Below are positions 8,819 through 18,250 of a stretch of 64,000 nt of DNA, in pieces. This stretch comes from Armatimonadota bacterium (GTDB lineage Bacteria; Armatimonadota; HRBIN16): the NCBI GenBank assembly GCA_963677485.1, contig OY781964.1:4768001-4832000 (forward strand), read 5' to 3'. The first letter of the stretch is position 1; each line of letters begins with the position of its first letter. The notes under the pieces were generated by a model. The model saw only the letters and a program-made list of their open reading frames with translations, made no database searches and was not told the origin of the DNA. Position numbers and translations under genes: made by a program.

Positions 8819-9889
8819 CTATATCTTCCACTCGAAGACGGCGGTCTCTAATAACTTCAGTGCCCACGAAAGTAAAATGATGAATATGACGATAGTCATA
8901 AAGGTGATAGCAAATTGCGATCCTGCCACCATGTCAGAGAGTGGGGTCAGTTTATGCCCAGATGGCGAAAAGGCGAGCCGAGAAATCATTACATCCGCTT
9001 GATACAGGCCACTCATTACCACATTATACATATCTGTATAGAATATGTACATACATGAGCCCATGGTCAGCAGCGTGACAGGTAATAAAACTTTGTATTT
9101 TTGGTGTTGGCGGTGGTTGTAGATGATGCAGTTTCGGCATCGCTCTCTTTTTACCTTGGGAGAAAGAATGCTGTCCGCTGGGATTCTGATCACGGCAAGC
9201 GGTGTATACCCAGCGCTGCGGTTCACTTCCATGGCATTGATAATGACACGCTCTTCACACATGCAGCCGACTTTATGGCGCCAACACGAGGCGCGATTGA
9301 TGTAGATTGGACATCGTTCACGAATGAAATCAACGCAATAGGGGAGTTGCCAGCATTTACCCAGCAGGATGTCTTTCCGGACTTGTTCGGCCTTTTCACC
9401 AAGCTTGTGTTTGGTTTGGTGGCGTGACTGCACTTTATGCGCGCTGATATACGTCGACAGATTTCGAAGAACAAGAGCGATCCCTGAGACCATAAAAGCA
9501 TACGAACCATTTTGCAGTGCTGTAAACATAGCTAACAGCCCAGCTGGCCGCCCATGAGGCCATACAGCACCCTGTGAGGCCCACCAGTCAAAACCGGCGG
9601 GTATGCCCAAATACATCACAACAAAGACAAATATGAGGGTGAACCCGATCTCGGCACGCATCCAGTTGATATAACCAATGCTTATAGCCGCTGCGATACT
9701 GGCGTAGAGCATAAACTGCCCCGCCATTTGTATGTTAGCGGTAAAGCGAAGCTGGTCGGCTGTGTGGAGGCTTGACCATGATGAAATGACACCACTTGCG
9801 ATGCCCCACACAAAATACGCCGCGCATAACGCTACAAGCGCAGACGCGGCGTATGAAACTGGTCCAAAAATCCTCTCGAGTGTCTTCAT
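8819..9889 (-). CDS. Multi-pass membrane protein with a Cys-rich (two-CW-like) domain
   Basis: About four N-terminal and two C-terminal hydrophobic segments; central CWQLPYC-x7-C-x8-CW-x5-CMC...CRNC. Confidence 0.75.
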   Translation of the reverse strand: MKTLERIFGPVSYAASALVALCAAYFVWGIASGVISSWSSLHTADQLRFTANIQMAGQFMLYASIAAAISIGYINWMRAEIGFTLIFVFVVMYLGIPAGFDWWASQGAVWPHGRPAGLLAMFTALQNGSYAFMVSGIALVLRNLSTYISAHKVQSRHQTKHKLGEKAEQVRKDILLGKCWQLPYCVDFIRERCPIYINRASCWRHKVGCMCEERVIINAMEVNRSAGYTPLAVIRIPADSILSPKVKRERCRNCIIYNHRQHQKYKVLLPVTLLTMGSCMYIFYTDMYNVVMSGLYQADVMISRLAFSPSGHKLTPLSDMVAGSQFAITFMTIVIFIILLSWALKLLETAVFEWKI

Positions 9890-9910
9890 GAGGTGACCCG
9901 ATTTCCTATG

Positions 9911-10480
9911 TTACTCAGTTGAACGACTTACGCGCTCCAGGTAGTCATCTGTTCGAGTATCTACCTTAACCACGTCGCCGATATTAATGTGGAAGGGTAC
10001 ACGGATGACAGCACCAGTTTCCAGCGTTGCCGGCTTTGATCCACCGGAAGCGGTGTCGCCTTTTACCCCAGGATCGGTCTCCTGAATCTCAAGCTGAACA
10101 AAGTTGGGGAATTCAACACCCACGACTTCACTATTATATAGAGCGATAAACAGCTCCATGTTTTCTTTCAGGTACTTTATCTGATCGCCGATCTGTGTTT
10201 TAGACATCATGATCATGTCTGTTGTTTCAATATCCATGAAGTAGTAATCTTCATCTTGGTTATATAGATACTGCATGGGTTTGGTCTCGACAAAAGCCTG
10301 TTCCATACGCTCACCTGCGCGGAATGTTTTATCAATGACCGCACCTGTGCGGATATTTCGTAGTTTAGAGCGCACGAATGCGCCACCTTTGCCAGGTTTT
10401 ACATGCTGGAATTCAATGATCGTGAATAAATCATTGTCTTGTAATATGTGAAGGCCATTCTTGAAGTCACTGGTATCCAA
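9911..10480 (-). CDS. efp: Elongation factor P
   Basis: QHVKPGKGGAFVR, PGVKGDT, KPATLETG, KVDTR; probable TTG start at 10480 after a GGAGG SD. Confidence 0.97.
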   Translation of the reverse strand: MDTSDFKNGLHILQDNDLFTIIEFQHVKPGKGGAFVRSKLRNIRTGAVIDKTFRAGERMEQAFVETKPMQYLYNQDEDYYFMDIETTDMIMMSKTQIGDQIKYLKENMELFIALYNSEVVGVEFPNFVQLEIQETDPGVKGDTASGGSKPATLETGAVIRVPFHINIGDVVKVDTRTDDYLERVSRSTE

Positions 10481-10532
10481 AACGGGTGTTTCCTCCCTTA
10501 GTGGTTGGCGAATACGAGGTGTATAGCACTTC

Positions 10533-10562
10533 ATTGTACCAGATTGGGCATAGGCCGTCCAA
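10533..10562 (-). promoter_or_regulatory. Sigma70-type promoter of the efp operon
   Basis: TTGGAC-N18-TACAAT with extended TG(G) upstream of efp. Confidence 0.55.
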
Positions 10563-10595
10563 ACTTGCTGTGATACACGAGATGGGGGAGCATGT

Positions 10596-10634
10596 AAAAA
10601 GCAACAAACTCATCTTTTACGATGAGTTTGTTGC
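10596..10634 (-). terminator. Terminator after tRNA-Ala
   Basis: Perfect 14-bp stem gcaacaaactcatc/gatgagtttgttgc followed by TTTTT on the minus strand. Confidence 0.8.
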
Positions 10635-10646
10635 GTAAACGAAAAG

Positions 10647-10722
10647 TGGTGGAGCTGTGGAGGATCGAACTCCAGACCTCTTCAATGCCATTGAAGCGCT
10701 CTCCCAGCTGAGCTACAGCCCC
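10647..10722 (-). tRNA. tRNA-Ala(GGC)
   Basis: GGGGCTGTAGCTCAGCTGGGAGAGCGCTTCAATGGCATTGAAGAGGTCTGGAGTTCGATCCTCCACAGCTCCACCA; 76 nt, GGC anticodon, encoded CCA. Confidence 0.97.
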
Positions 10723-10733
10723 TTGCCTGAAAT

Positions 10734-10761
10734 ATTATATCATGTAATATCGTGTTGTCAA
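10734..10761 (-). promoter_or_regulatory. Consensus sigma70 promoter for tRNA-Ala
   Basis: TTGACA-N16-TATAAT with TG extended -10, 11 nt before the tRNA 5' end. Confidence 0.85.
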
Positions 10762-10859
10762 GCGGCCTAAAATAGAGCAGATATCGACATAAGAACTGAA
10801 CGTTACCGCGTGTCGTCAAAAGATAATGGGTGCCATTATAATTGCTGCTAAGCGGCTTT

Positions 10860-10889
10860 TTGACAGCTTGTTTCACGCTGTGGTACCAT
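10860..10889 (+). promoter_or_regulatory. Sigma70 promoter for the response regulator
   Basis: TTGACA-N18-TACCAT with TGG extension. Confidence 0.6.
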
Positions 10890-10940
10890 CAACACAGAGG
10901 CGTACCAATTAGGTCGTCATATGGAGGCAATAAGCAAACC

Positions 10941-11348
10941 ATGGATCGTAAGTTTCGCATACTCGCCGTAGATGATGAACAGCACATACGAAGGCTCATT
11001 CAGGTAAGCTTAGAGCGACAAGGCTTTGAAGTGCTTACCGCTGTGGATGGCAAAGATGCGCTGGATAAGGTGGCTAACGATAAACCCGATCTGGTTGTTC
11101 TCGATGTGATGATGCCGCAAATTGATGGCTTTGAAGTGTTGAAGTCGTTGAGGAAAAACAAGGAAACACGAGAATTACCTGTTATAATGTTAACAGCAAA
11201 AACACAGGACTCCGATGTGTTCACAGGATGGCAGCACGGTGCAGACCTATATCTCACCAAACCCTTCAATCCAACTGAACTCGTCGCGTTTGTGAAGCGT
11301 ATATTCAACAGCAAGGACACCGACATCAACCGTCGCTATGATCTATGA
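10941..11348 (+). CDS. Single-domain response regulator (receiver only)
   Basis: ILAVDDE, LVVLDVMMP, MLTAK, YLTKPF; no output domain. Confidence 0.9.
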   Translation: MDRKFRILAVDDEQHIRRLIQVSLERQGFEVLTAVDGKDALDKVANDKPDLVVLDVMMPQIDGFEVLKSLRKNKETRELPVIMLTAKTQDSDVFTGWQHGADLYLTKPFNPTELVAFVKRIFNSKDTDINRRYDL

Positions 11349-11373
11349 TAATCATGACAGAAAAGGTGACAAC

Positions 11374-11565
11374 ATGGTAAAACGTGGGTATATCTGGTTG
11401 GGCATCGCTGTGGCTGCAGCTTTAACAGCCGGTACTGTCGCAAGCGCAGCATGGCTGCGACGCAAACGCCGCAGCGAAGAGGACATTGAATGCCTTCTTC
11501 AGCGTTCGTCCGATTTAATTAACAAAATCAAACAGGACATTTCATCGCGACAGCCAGTATCATAA
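11374..11565 (+). CDS. Small single-TM protein
   Basis: AAGGTG SD; hydrophobic helix then RRKRR and a short helical tail. Confidence 0.6.
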   Translation: MVKRGYIWLGIAVAAALTAGTVASAAWLRRKRRSEEDIECLLQRSSDLINKIKQDISSRQPVS

Positions 11566-11580
11566 ATCTTCTGCCAAAAA

Positions 11581-11620
11581 ATATAACCGGGGGAGCCACT
11601 CAAACCTCCCCCGGTTATAT
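11581..11620. terminator. Probable bidirectional terminator between convergent genes
   Basis: atataaccggggga / tcccccggttatat inverted repeat in an AT-rich context. Confidence 0.7.
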
Positions 11621-11657
11621 ATATGCATTATCAATGTCTGATAATATATATTATGTT

Positions 11658-12440
11658 CTATTTAGGTGCAGATCCGTCATCTACGCTTCGGATACGGTTC
11701 TCAAGAGCCTCTAGTTCAGAGTCCACCCCTGTTGTGCCGGTCCCTCCAGATGCCGCTCCAGCCTGCACCGTTTGAGAACCTGGGTTCACCTTCTGCTCCA
11801 ACTGCTGCAGTTCCAGCTCCGCGCTTTGCCGTGCTGTCACATCATCCAGCTTATTCAACTTCGTCACCACGCTGTCTGTGGCCAATTCCGTTGTGGCTGC
11901 GGCTTGTGCCTGCGCTTTGTCTATCATTTCCGTCGCGCGGCTGACATCCTGGCTGGCATCGCTGATCCTGAGGTCACCCAGTGTCTCACTGAGCTGCTGT
12001 TGTATCTGAGCACTTTTCCAACGGGTCTTCTGAGCAAGGATTTCGGCTGTGCGCTGCCTGATCTGCCGTTCCTCAGAAGCGATGGCTTCCTTGGCTTGCT
12101 GAACCATGCTGTTAGCCGAATCCAACGATTGCTGCAGAGTGGCCAGCGATGTCGATAGCAGCTGTTTTTCGACCAGCATCTGCCGGGCCAGTTCGCGTTC
12201 GCCAACCCGTACCGCTTGTTCAGCGCGTCGATCATACTCAGCGATCTGCTTATTCGTCTTGTCTAGTTCCATTTGCAAACGATTGCGTTCCGTAATAGCC
12301 GCAATGACTCGCTGCTTGTTCCTATTGAGGTTATCTTGCATGTCTTGTTTGGCCTGTTCCAGCAAGATTTCCGGGTCTTCGACTTTCCCTAGCAGTGAGC
12401 CGAACATGGCCCTAATGTACCGAAAGAACCGTTTAAGCAT
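11658..12440 (-). CDS. PspA/IM30 family protein
   Basis: N-terminal amphipathic helix, EDPEILLEQA, long coiled coil, ELARQML. Confidence 0.88.
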   Translation of the reverse strand: MLKRFFRYIRAMFGSLLGKVEDPEILLEQAKQDMQDNLNRNKQRVIAAITERNRLQMELDKTNKQIAEYDRRAEQAVRVGERELARQMLVEKQLLSTSLATLQQSLDSANSMVQQAKEAIASEERQIRQRTAEILAQKTRWKSAQIQQQLSETLGDLRISDASQDVSRATEMIDKAQAQAAATTELATDSVVTKLNKLDDVTARQSAELELQQLEQKVNPGSQTVQAGAASGGTGTTGVDSELEALENRIRSVDDGSAPK

Positions 12441-12481
12441 GGTAGATATACTCCTGAATTTCGTTGTGGTTCGGTATCCGG

Positions 12482-13183
12482 TTACCGAGTCAAAAATATG
12501 ATACCCATAACGATCGCGGCTGTTAAGGCCCCAATCAAAACCTCTTGGGTGGTATGTATCTTACCCTCAACACGGCTTTGCATTACTAAGGCACAAAGAC
12601 AAAGTGCCAGAATTGAAGCCATCAGGTTTCCTGAAAATAGCGTGATGCACAACGCCAGAAACATAGCTACGGCACTGTGACCACTGATCACCCCACCCTG
12701 TAAAATGGTGCCCTTTTGCCCATATACTTTACCGATCGTGACGATAAGCAGCATCACAACTATTCCAACGGTAATGCTGATAATCGGATCCACTGACCTG
12801 TTGTGGATGTTTAACCGCAACTGGTCGATGTGCTTATCGGTAAAGAATATCAAAAATCCCACTACCAACGCGTTGACGGCAGTCACCAATACCGCACCTG
12901 CGGCGATATCTTTGGCCGTTTTGGCCAACGGATGGTATGTCTCGGTCACCAGATCGACCACAGCTTCTACTGCCGTGTTGATCATCTCCGCTACGAGTAC
13001 TAAGCTTACTGTAAAAAGCAGGATGACCATCTCGGACTTCGATAGCTTGGTCACTAAGCCAATCCACAGCACAAGAACCACTAAAAAGAAGTGGATCTGC
13101 ATGTGGCGTTGTGTTCTGAATGTATATATGATCCCATCCACAGCGTGCTTGAAGCTGTCGGCGGGGTTTTTCCCAATTCTCAT
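12482..13183 (-). CDS. dgkA: Diacylglycerol/undecaprenol kinase with C-terminal PAP2-like domain
   Basis: SFKHAVDG, EMINTAVEAVVD, AKDIAAGAV; C-terminal SGHSA and SRVEGKIH. Confidence 0.88.
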   Translation of the reverse strand: MRIGKNPADSFKHAVDGIIYTFRTQRHMQIHFFLVVLVLWIGLVTKLSKSEMVILLFTVSLVLVAEMINTAVEAVVDLVTETYHPLAKTAKDIAAGAVLVTAVNALVVGFLIFFTDKHIDQLRLNIHNRSVDPIISITVGIVVMLLIVTIGKVYGQKGTILQGGVISGHSAVAMFLALCITLFSGNLMASILALCLCALVMQSRVEGKIHTTQEVLIGALTAAIVMGIIFLTR

Positions 13184-13650
13184 CTAGCTGTTTGTTCTTC
13201 CTGTTTTGTTGCTTCCAGAATCGCCGATCCTATGCGCATCATCTCCAATAATTCAACCTCTGTATCATCATTGTATCCCAGCAGATGCAAAACGCCATGT
13301 ACAGCCAGAAATACCACCTCTTTATCCACACTGTGACCTGCTGTTAAGGCTTGTTTTTTTGCAGTTTGCCAACTGATATAGACTTCACCTAACTGATTAC
13401 TGATGGCCGAGAATGGAGATGATGGAAATTCCGGATCGTTGCTGTCAACCAAGTTAAAACTTAACACATCGGTAGCGCGGTCTATGCCACGATATTGAAA
13501 ATTTAGTTCATGTAGCTCATCATCATTTGTGATGACGATATTGACATCATCATCTATATGGCCATATTTGCTAAGGGTATAAGTGCAGGCTCTAGAGAGC
13601 CAGCATCTCGGGATTGGTCTTCTCTTCGGATTGCCGATCGTGACTGCCAT
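13180..13650 (-). CDS. ybeY: rRNA maturation endoribonuclease YbeY
   Basis: LNFQYRGIDRATDVLSF, LGEVYIS, HGVLHLLGY. Confidence 0.92.
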   Translation of the reverse strand: MAVTIGNPKRRPIPRCWLSRACTYTLSKYGHIDDDVNIVITNDDELHELNFQYRGIDRATDVLSFNLVDSNDPEFPSSPFSAISNQLGEVYISWQTAKKQALTAGHSVDKEVVFLAVHGVLHLLGYNDDTEVELLEMMRIGSAILEATKQEEQTAR

Positions 13651-15757
13651 TCGTATCTCCATTGTCTGAGGGATATTCAATACGAGCGTGGTATATGCTG
13701 CACACAATATGTGTAAAGCATTTGGATATCATGCTGATATCGGCAAAAGTGAGCTGACAATGGTCTAGCTGACCATCATCAATTTTGTTTTCGATGATTC
13801 TCTTGACAAGATTTTCAACGCTGGCAGGGGTAGGCTTGGTCAGGCACCGGCTTGCAGCCTCTACACTGTCAGCCAGCATGACCAAAGCGGCCTCTTTGCT
13901 GCGTGGTCGAGGCCCCCCGTATCTGAACTGCTGCTCGAGGTTGTTGTCCTGGCAATTCCCATTGGTGAGAGCCTGCTTATAGAAGAACGAAATTAGTGAT
14001 GTGCCATGGTGTTGGCGGATGATATCAATAACTACATGGGGCAGTTTACTTAACTCAGCCAGATTCGCACCTTCAGTCACGTGGCTGCCGATGATCAAGG
14101 CTGAAAGGCTCGGGGTCAATCGTTCATGGACATTTTCTAGTCGCTGGTTCTCAACGTAAAATTCAGGACGCTTCACTTTACCGATGTCGTGGTAGTACGC
14201 CCCCACCCTCGCTAGTAATGGGTTAGCCCCTATCTCCTTGGCAGCCGCGGCGGCAAGGTTGGCTATGGCAACACTATGGGCATACGTACCGGGTGCTTCC
14301 AGCATCAACCTTTTGAGCAGAGGTGTTTCCGGATTGCACAACTCGATCAGTCGCAGCGGTGTGACTACTCGGAAAGGCCTTTCCAATACAGTGACAAATA
14401 ACGAGAATGCCATCACTGCGAATACGGCCATTGTGAATCCCCAGATAAGGTCCACAACAGTGTAATCGAAAATACCATTTGCAGAGACACTTGTGATGAC
14501 CGACAAGATAATTCCAGAAGCTGCAATCCACAAGGTGGCACGCACCAGATCAAACCTGTCATGCAGGTTCCTCACACTATAGATTCCTACCAGGGCACTC
14601 ACCAGGCTAATGGCTGTAAATCGCAGGTCACCATGCGCCAGGAAGGCTGATTGCACGCTCATAATCCCAACAAGCAAGGTTGCGAGGTGTGGAGAAACGA
14701 GCACAGCGATTAACATACCAGCCAGGCATGTGCTCATCACGACCAGGTAGCCATACGAATTCCCTGCAATTTGATAGCCAATCAGGTTGCTTCCGAGTTT
14801 GATTCCAAGTGTGCTGATAAAGATGATGATGACGATCAACCATAGCTGCTTTGTGTCGGTATAGATGTGTGGGTGGTATTGAGCCAGGTGGAATGCCGTA
14901 ATGGCGATAAAAACAGTGATCAGTAGCACGATGGCTACCCATTGTAACACGTTGGTTTTTGGATACTGAAGACCAAGCGCCTGCAGTTGATCGGTCTGCT
15001 CCTTGGTAACCCCCTGTCCGGGCTTTATAAGCACTTGTCCTGCGACCAGCGACCGAAATACCGGACTGACACCTTGTGCGATGCGCTTCTTAGCATCATC
15101 GGTTGCCTTAACATCAATACGGATATTGGACTTCAAGCACGATTTGATGATATAGGGGGCAAGGCGAAGCTCATTTTTGTTCAGTCTGGCCAAACGGTTG
15201 TTTTGCAGAGTTTTGATGATTGTCGTGACAGGAACACTGTCGACGTCATCAATTGGCAGCCGCATCTGAGCGGTCAAGCTACTGCGCATTATGGGTACGT
15301 AAATCCCCCACCTGATACTGCTGCCTGATACGAGCTGCTTGAGCACATCCGATTTCATGCCAAAATTGGTGGCAATAGGTTCTATTTCGCGATTCTCGGG
15401 GGACTGCAACTCTTTCACCAGGCCATCAAACTCAGCCAGTGAATCTTCCATTGCTTCGGGGATAAACTGTGTGATCGGATCCACAGATGCCATCATGGCG
15501 CGTCGGCTTGCTTCGGTGGCTGCCACATCAAGATAAGTCACGCTTCTAGGGGCCCGTACTTCCCTATTGCTAACGTCACCGATTTGAAGGGGAACGGCTT
15601 CCGGCACGAGGTTCCAGAGGAATAATGATGAAAGTGCGGTTATAGAGATGAACGCAATGGTTAACCTGTGCCAATCGGCAGAGATATGAGTGAAAGGCAG
15701 CAACCAGCCTAAGCGGGTTGCTGCTTTATGCGGGGATCGGGTCTTCTTTCGTGTCAT
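13592..15757 (-). CDS. 7TM-HD phosphohydrolase (PgpH/YqfF-like cyclic-di-AMP phosphodiesterase)
   Basis: Extracellular domain, multiple TMs, APGTYAHS, YYHDIGK, QHHGT, MLADSVEAASR; adjacent to ybeY-dgkA. Confidence 0.9.
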   Translation of the reverse strand: MTRKKTRSPHKAATRLGWLLPFTHISADWHRLTIAFISITALSSLFLWNLVPEAVPLQIGDVSNREVRAPRSVTYLDVAATEASRRAMMASVDPITQFIPEAMEDSLAEFDGLVKELQSPENREIEPIATNFGMKSDVLKQLVSGSSIRWGIYVPIMRSSLTAQMRLPIDDVDSVPVTTIIKTLQNNRLARLNKNELRLAPYIIKSCLKSNIRIDVKATDDAKKRIAQGVSPVFRSLVAGQVLIKPGQGVTKEQTDQLQALGLQYPKTNVLQWVAIVLLITVFIAITAFHLAQYHPHIYTDTKQLWLIVIIIFISTLGIKLGSNLIGYQIAGNSYGYLVVMSTCLAGMLIAVLVSPHLATLLVGIMSVQSAFLAHGDLRFTAISLVSALVGIYSVRNLHDRFDLVRATLWIAASGIILSVITSVSANGIFDYTVVDLIWGFTMAVFAVMAFSLFVTVLERPFRVVTPLRLIELCNPETPLLKRLMLEAPGTYAHSVAIANLAAAAAKEIGANPLLARVGAYYHDIGKVKRPEFYVENQRLENVHERLTPSLSALIIGSHVTEGANLAELSKLPHVVIDIIRQHHGTSLISFFYKQALTNGNCQDNNLEQQFRYGGPRPRSKEAALVMLADSVEAASRCLTKPTPASVENLVKRIIENKIDDGQLDHCQLTFADISMISKCFTHIVCSIYHARIEYPSDNGDTNGSHDRQSEEKTNPEMLAL

Positions 15758-15814
15758 GCTTTAACCGGAGTTAACCACGGGTCCAGCGTATCGAAAGATC
15801 CCATGACGGAGAAC

Positions 15815-15988
15815 TTATCGTGTGCGCTGCTTGCGCCTGCGAGCAGCCTCTGCCTTGCGACGTTTGTCGCTAGGCTTCATATAGTGCTCGTGCTCCCTCG
15901 CTTCTTTCAGAACTCCAGATTGTTGAAGCTCCTTCTTGAAGCGCTTCAGAGCGCTATCGATCGATTCGTTCTCCATTACCTTGACCAT
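15815..15988 (-). CDS. rpsU: 30S ribosomal protein S21
   Basis: [21 protein letters not shown]; GGAGG SD. Confidence 0.95.
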   Translation of the reverse strand: MVKVMENESIDSALKRFKKELQQSGVLKEAREHEHYMKPSDKRRKAEAARRRKQRTR

Positions 15989-16021
15989 AAAATGATCGCC
16001 TCCCTTAGAGTGTCGCATGTC

Positions 16022-16051
16022 AGTGTACCAAAGCTACACTGCGAAATGCAA
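16022..16051 (-). promoter_or_regulatory. Probable rpsU promoter
   Basis: TTGCAT-N18-TACACT with TGG extension. Confidence 0.5.
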
Positions 16052-16054
16052 AAG

Positions 16055-17101
16055 TTACTTTTTCGACTTTGCGCGAGCCGGGTTGATGATGACTCCATCA
16101 AACACAGCTGCGTTACTGGAAACTTTGCTTCCGCGCCCTACCACGCATCGAACCAGCATTGTATCGGCTTCTACCACAGCATTATTCCATAGGATACTGT
16201 GATCCACAGTGGCATTGGCACGCACTTCGCAGTTCGAGCCTAGAACGCTGTTTTCCAACACTTTCGCTCCAGGTCCGATAATGCAGTTATCGCCAATAGT
16301 CACAGGATAACCGATCTCTGCGGTCGGGTCAATCTGAACATTGTCACCGATCCACATGTATTTTTTTACTTGCGGATACGGCATATCCAATTGTACCCGT
16401 CCAGCCATGCCGTCTACGTGGCATTGCTGATATGTCTTAAGGTTCCCCACATCCTTCCAATAGGCACTAGTTAGCAAGCCATAAAATGGCTTTTTTTGTT
16501 CGATCAGCAAGGGCATCAGATTCTGGCCAAAGCCGTAGGTTGTGCCCTTCGGTATCAGATCGAAAATCTCAGGTTCAAAAACATAAACGCCGGTGTTAGC
16601 GGCATTGCTGAATATGACTTCGCCCTTAGGCTTTTCCATAAATCGAGTAATGCGTCCGCGTTCGTTCATGAGGGCGATGCCATATTCACTGGCATCATCA
16701 ACAAGGCTTAGGGCGATTGAAGCAATCGCCTTCTTGTCCTTGTGAAATCTCACCAATCTACCCAGATCGAGGTCGGTGATGTCATCACCACCGATCACAA
16801 TAAAGGTATCGTCGAAGAACTCTTCACTGCGTTTGACACTGCCTGCGTCGCCCCACAGTCGTTCTTCGTACTTAAAATACAGATTGACACCAAGATCCTT
16901 GCGGTTTTTGAAATGAGCATCAATCTGCTCACCGAGATAGTGCAGGTTCACCACTATTTCGTCAAACCCGTGCCGCTTTAGCAAGCGCACGATGTGCTCA
17001 ATCACAGGCCGATTGATGACAGGTACCATCGGTTTCGGCAGGCTTCTTGTCAATGGATCAAGCCTGGATCCAACACCGGCCGCAAGAATCATTGCTTTCA
17101 T
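16055..17101 (-). CDS. NDP-sugar synthase (mannose-1-phosphate guanylyltransferase-like)
   Basis: ILAAGVGSRLDPLT..PKPMVP, YWKDVG, C-terminal hexapeptide repeats. Confidence 0.88.
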   Translation of the reverse strand: MKAMILAAGVGSRLDPLTRSLPKPMVPVINRPVIEHIVRLLKRHGFDEIVVNLHYLGEQIDAHFKNRKDLGVNLYFKYEERLWGDAGSVKRSEEFFDDTFIVIGGDDITDLDLGRLVRFHKDKKAIASIALSLVDDASEYGIALMNERGRITRFMEKPKGEVIFSNAANTGVYVFEPEIFDLIPKGTTYGFGQNLMPLLIEQKKPFYGLLTSAYWKDVGNLKTYQQCHVDGMAGRVQLDMPYPQVKKYMWIGDNVQIDPTAEIGYPVTIGDNCIIGPGAKVLENSVLGSNCEVRANATVDHSILWNNAVVEADTMLVRCVVGRGSKVSSNAAVFDGVIINPARAKSKK

Positions 17102-17112
17102 AGGTATTCTCC

Positions 17113-18225
17113 TCAGACGAAACTTTGAATGAGAGATGCTACAGTCTGGATATTATCATCTGTAAGCTGCGGATGCACCGGAAGCGAAAGCACCTCGTTC
17201 GCTGTCTTTTCAGACATAGGGAAGCTTCCCTCCCCAAGACCCATGCTGGCGTAAGCCTTTTGAAGGTGCAGTGGATGAGGATAGTAGACTGCACTATCGA
17301 CACCATTTTTCTGCAGATAGCTTTTGAGCTCATCACGCCGTGGTGTTGTGATGGTGTACTGATGGTATGTATGGTAGTTTCCGTCCACAACAACCGGAAC
17401 CGCTACATCTGTCGAGGCCAGCATATCATTATAAATCGATGCATGACGCCGTCTATCCTCGGTCCACCCAACCATCATGGGCAGCTTAACGCACAACACA
17501 GCCGCTTGTATCTCGTCGAGTCGACTGCAATATCCGGGTATGTCGTAATAGTATGTACTGCTGCCGGTGCCGTGTACTCGTAAACGGCTTGCGACATCGC
17601 CAATGGCATCACTATTAGTGACGATCATGCCGCCATCACCAAAGGCACCCAGGTTTTTAGTTGGGAAGAAGCTTAGTGTGGCTGCATCACAGTTCAAGGC
17701 TAGACCCTTATGGTTTTGACTGCACATGATGGCTTGAGCACTATCCACAATATGCAGCAGCCCGTATGAGTTGGCTAACTTCTGAAAGCCAGCCCTGTCA
17801 GTCATCTGCCCGTACAGGTCTACAGGTAGTATCGCCTTAGTTTTGGCCGTGATGAGTGGCTCAACAGTTGCAGGTTCGATGAGGAATGTGCGTGGGTTGA
17901 CGTCAGCAAATACAGGAACCGCTCCAAGCCTCACGATCGACTCGGCTGTGGCGACAAATGTGAAGGGTGATGTTATCACCTCATCTCCGGTGCTTACACC
18001 CGCTGCTGCGAGAGCGATTTCGATAGCATCAGTGCCGCTAGCACACGATACACCATATTTGGCATCGCATATTTTTGCGATGTCTGTCTCAAGTCCGGTC
18101 ACGTTCTTTCCCATCACGAACCAACCGCTGTTCATGATGCTGGCTAACACTGGGTCTAGTTGCTCTTTGATCTCTCGATACTGAGCTCCCAAATCAGCCA
18201 TGCCGATGCGCTTATCTATAGTCAT
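17113..18225 (-). CDS. DegT/DnrJ/EryC1/StrS PLP aminotransferase
   Basis: SGTDA, FTFVAT, DSAQA, SFFPTKNLGAFGDGG, SRLDEIQAA. Confidence 0.92.
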   Translation of the reverse strand: MTIDKRIGMADLGAQYREIKEQLDPVLASIMNSGWFVMGKNVTGLETDIAKICDAKYGVSCASGTDAIEIALAAAGVSTGDEVITSPFTFVATAESIVRLGAVPVFADVNPRTFLIEPATVEPLITAKTKAILPVDLYGQMTDRAGFQKLANSYGLLHIVDSAQAIMCSQNHKGLALNCDAATLSFFPTKNLGAFGDGGMIVTNSDAIGDVASRLRVHGTGSSTYYYDIPGYCSRLDEIQAAVLCVKLPMMVGWTEDRRRHASIYNDMLASTDVAVPVVVDGNYHTYHQYTITTPRRDELKSYLQKNGVDSAVYYPHPLHLQKAYASMGLGEGSFPMSEKTANEVLSLPVHPQLTDDNIQTVASLIQSFV

Positions 18226-18250
18226 CCGATGTTGTTATCCTTGGTAAGAT

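Noticed and set aside
10481-10534. N-terminal extensions in the ORF track (efp; similarly ybeY, rpsU, response regulator, pcrA, Gfo/Idh/MocA)
   Set aside because: Downstream starts fit SD sites and family lengths better; the efp extension overlaps its own promoter.
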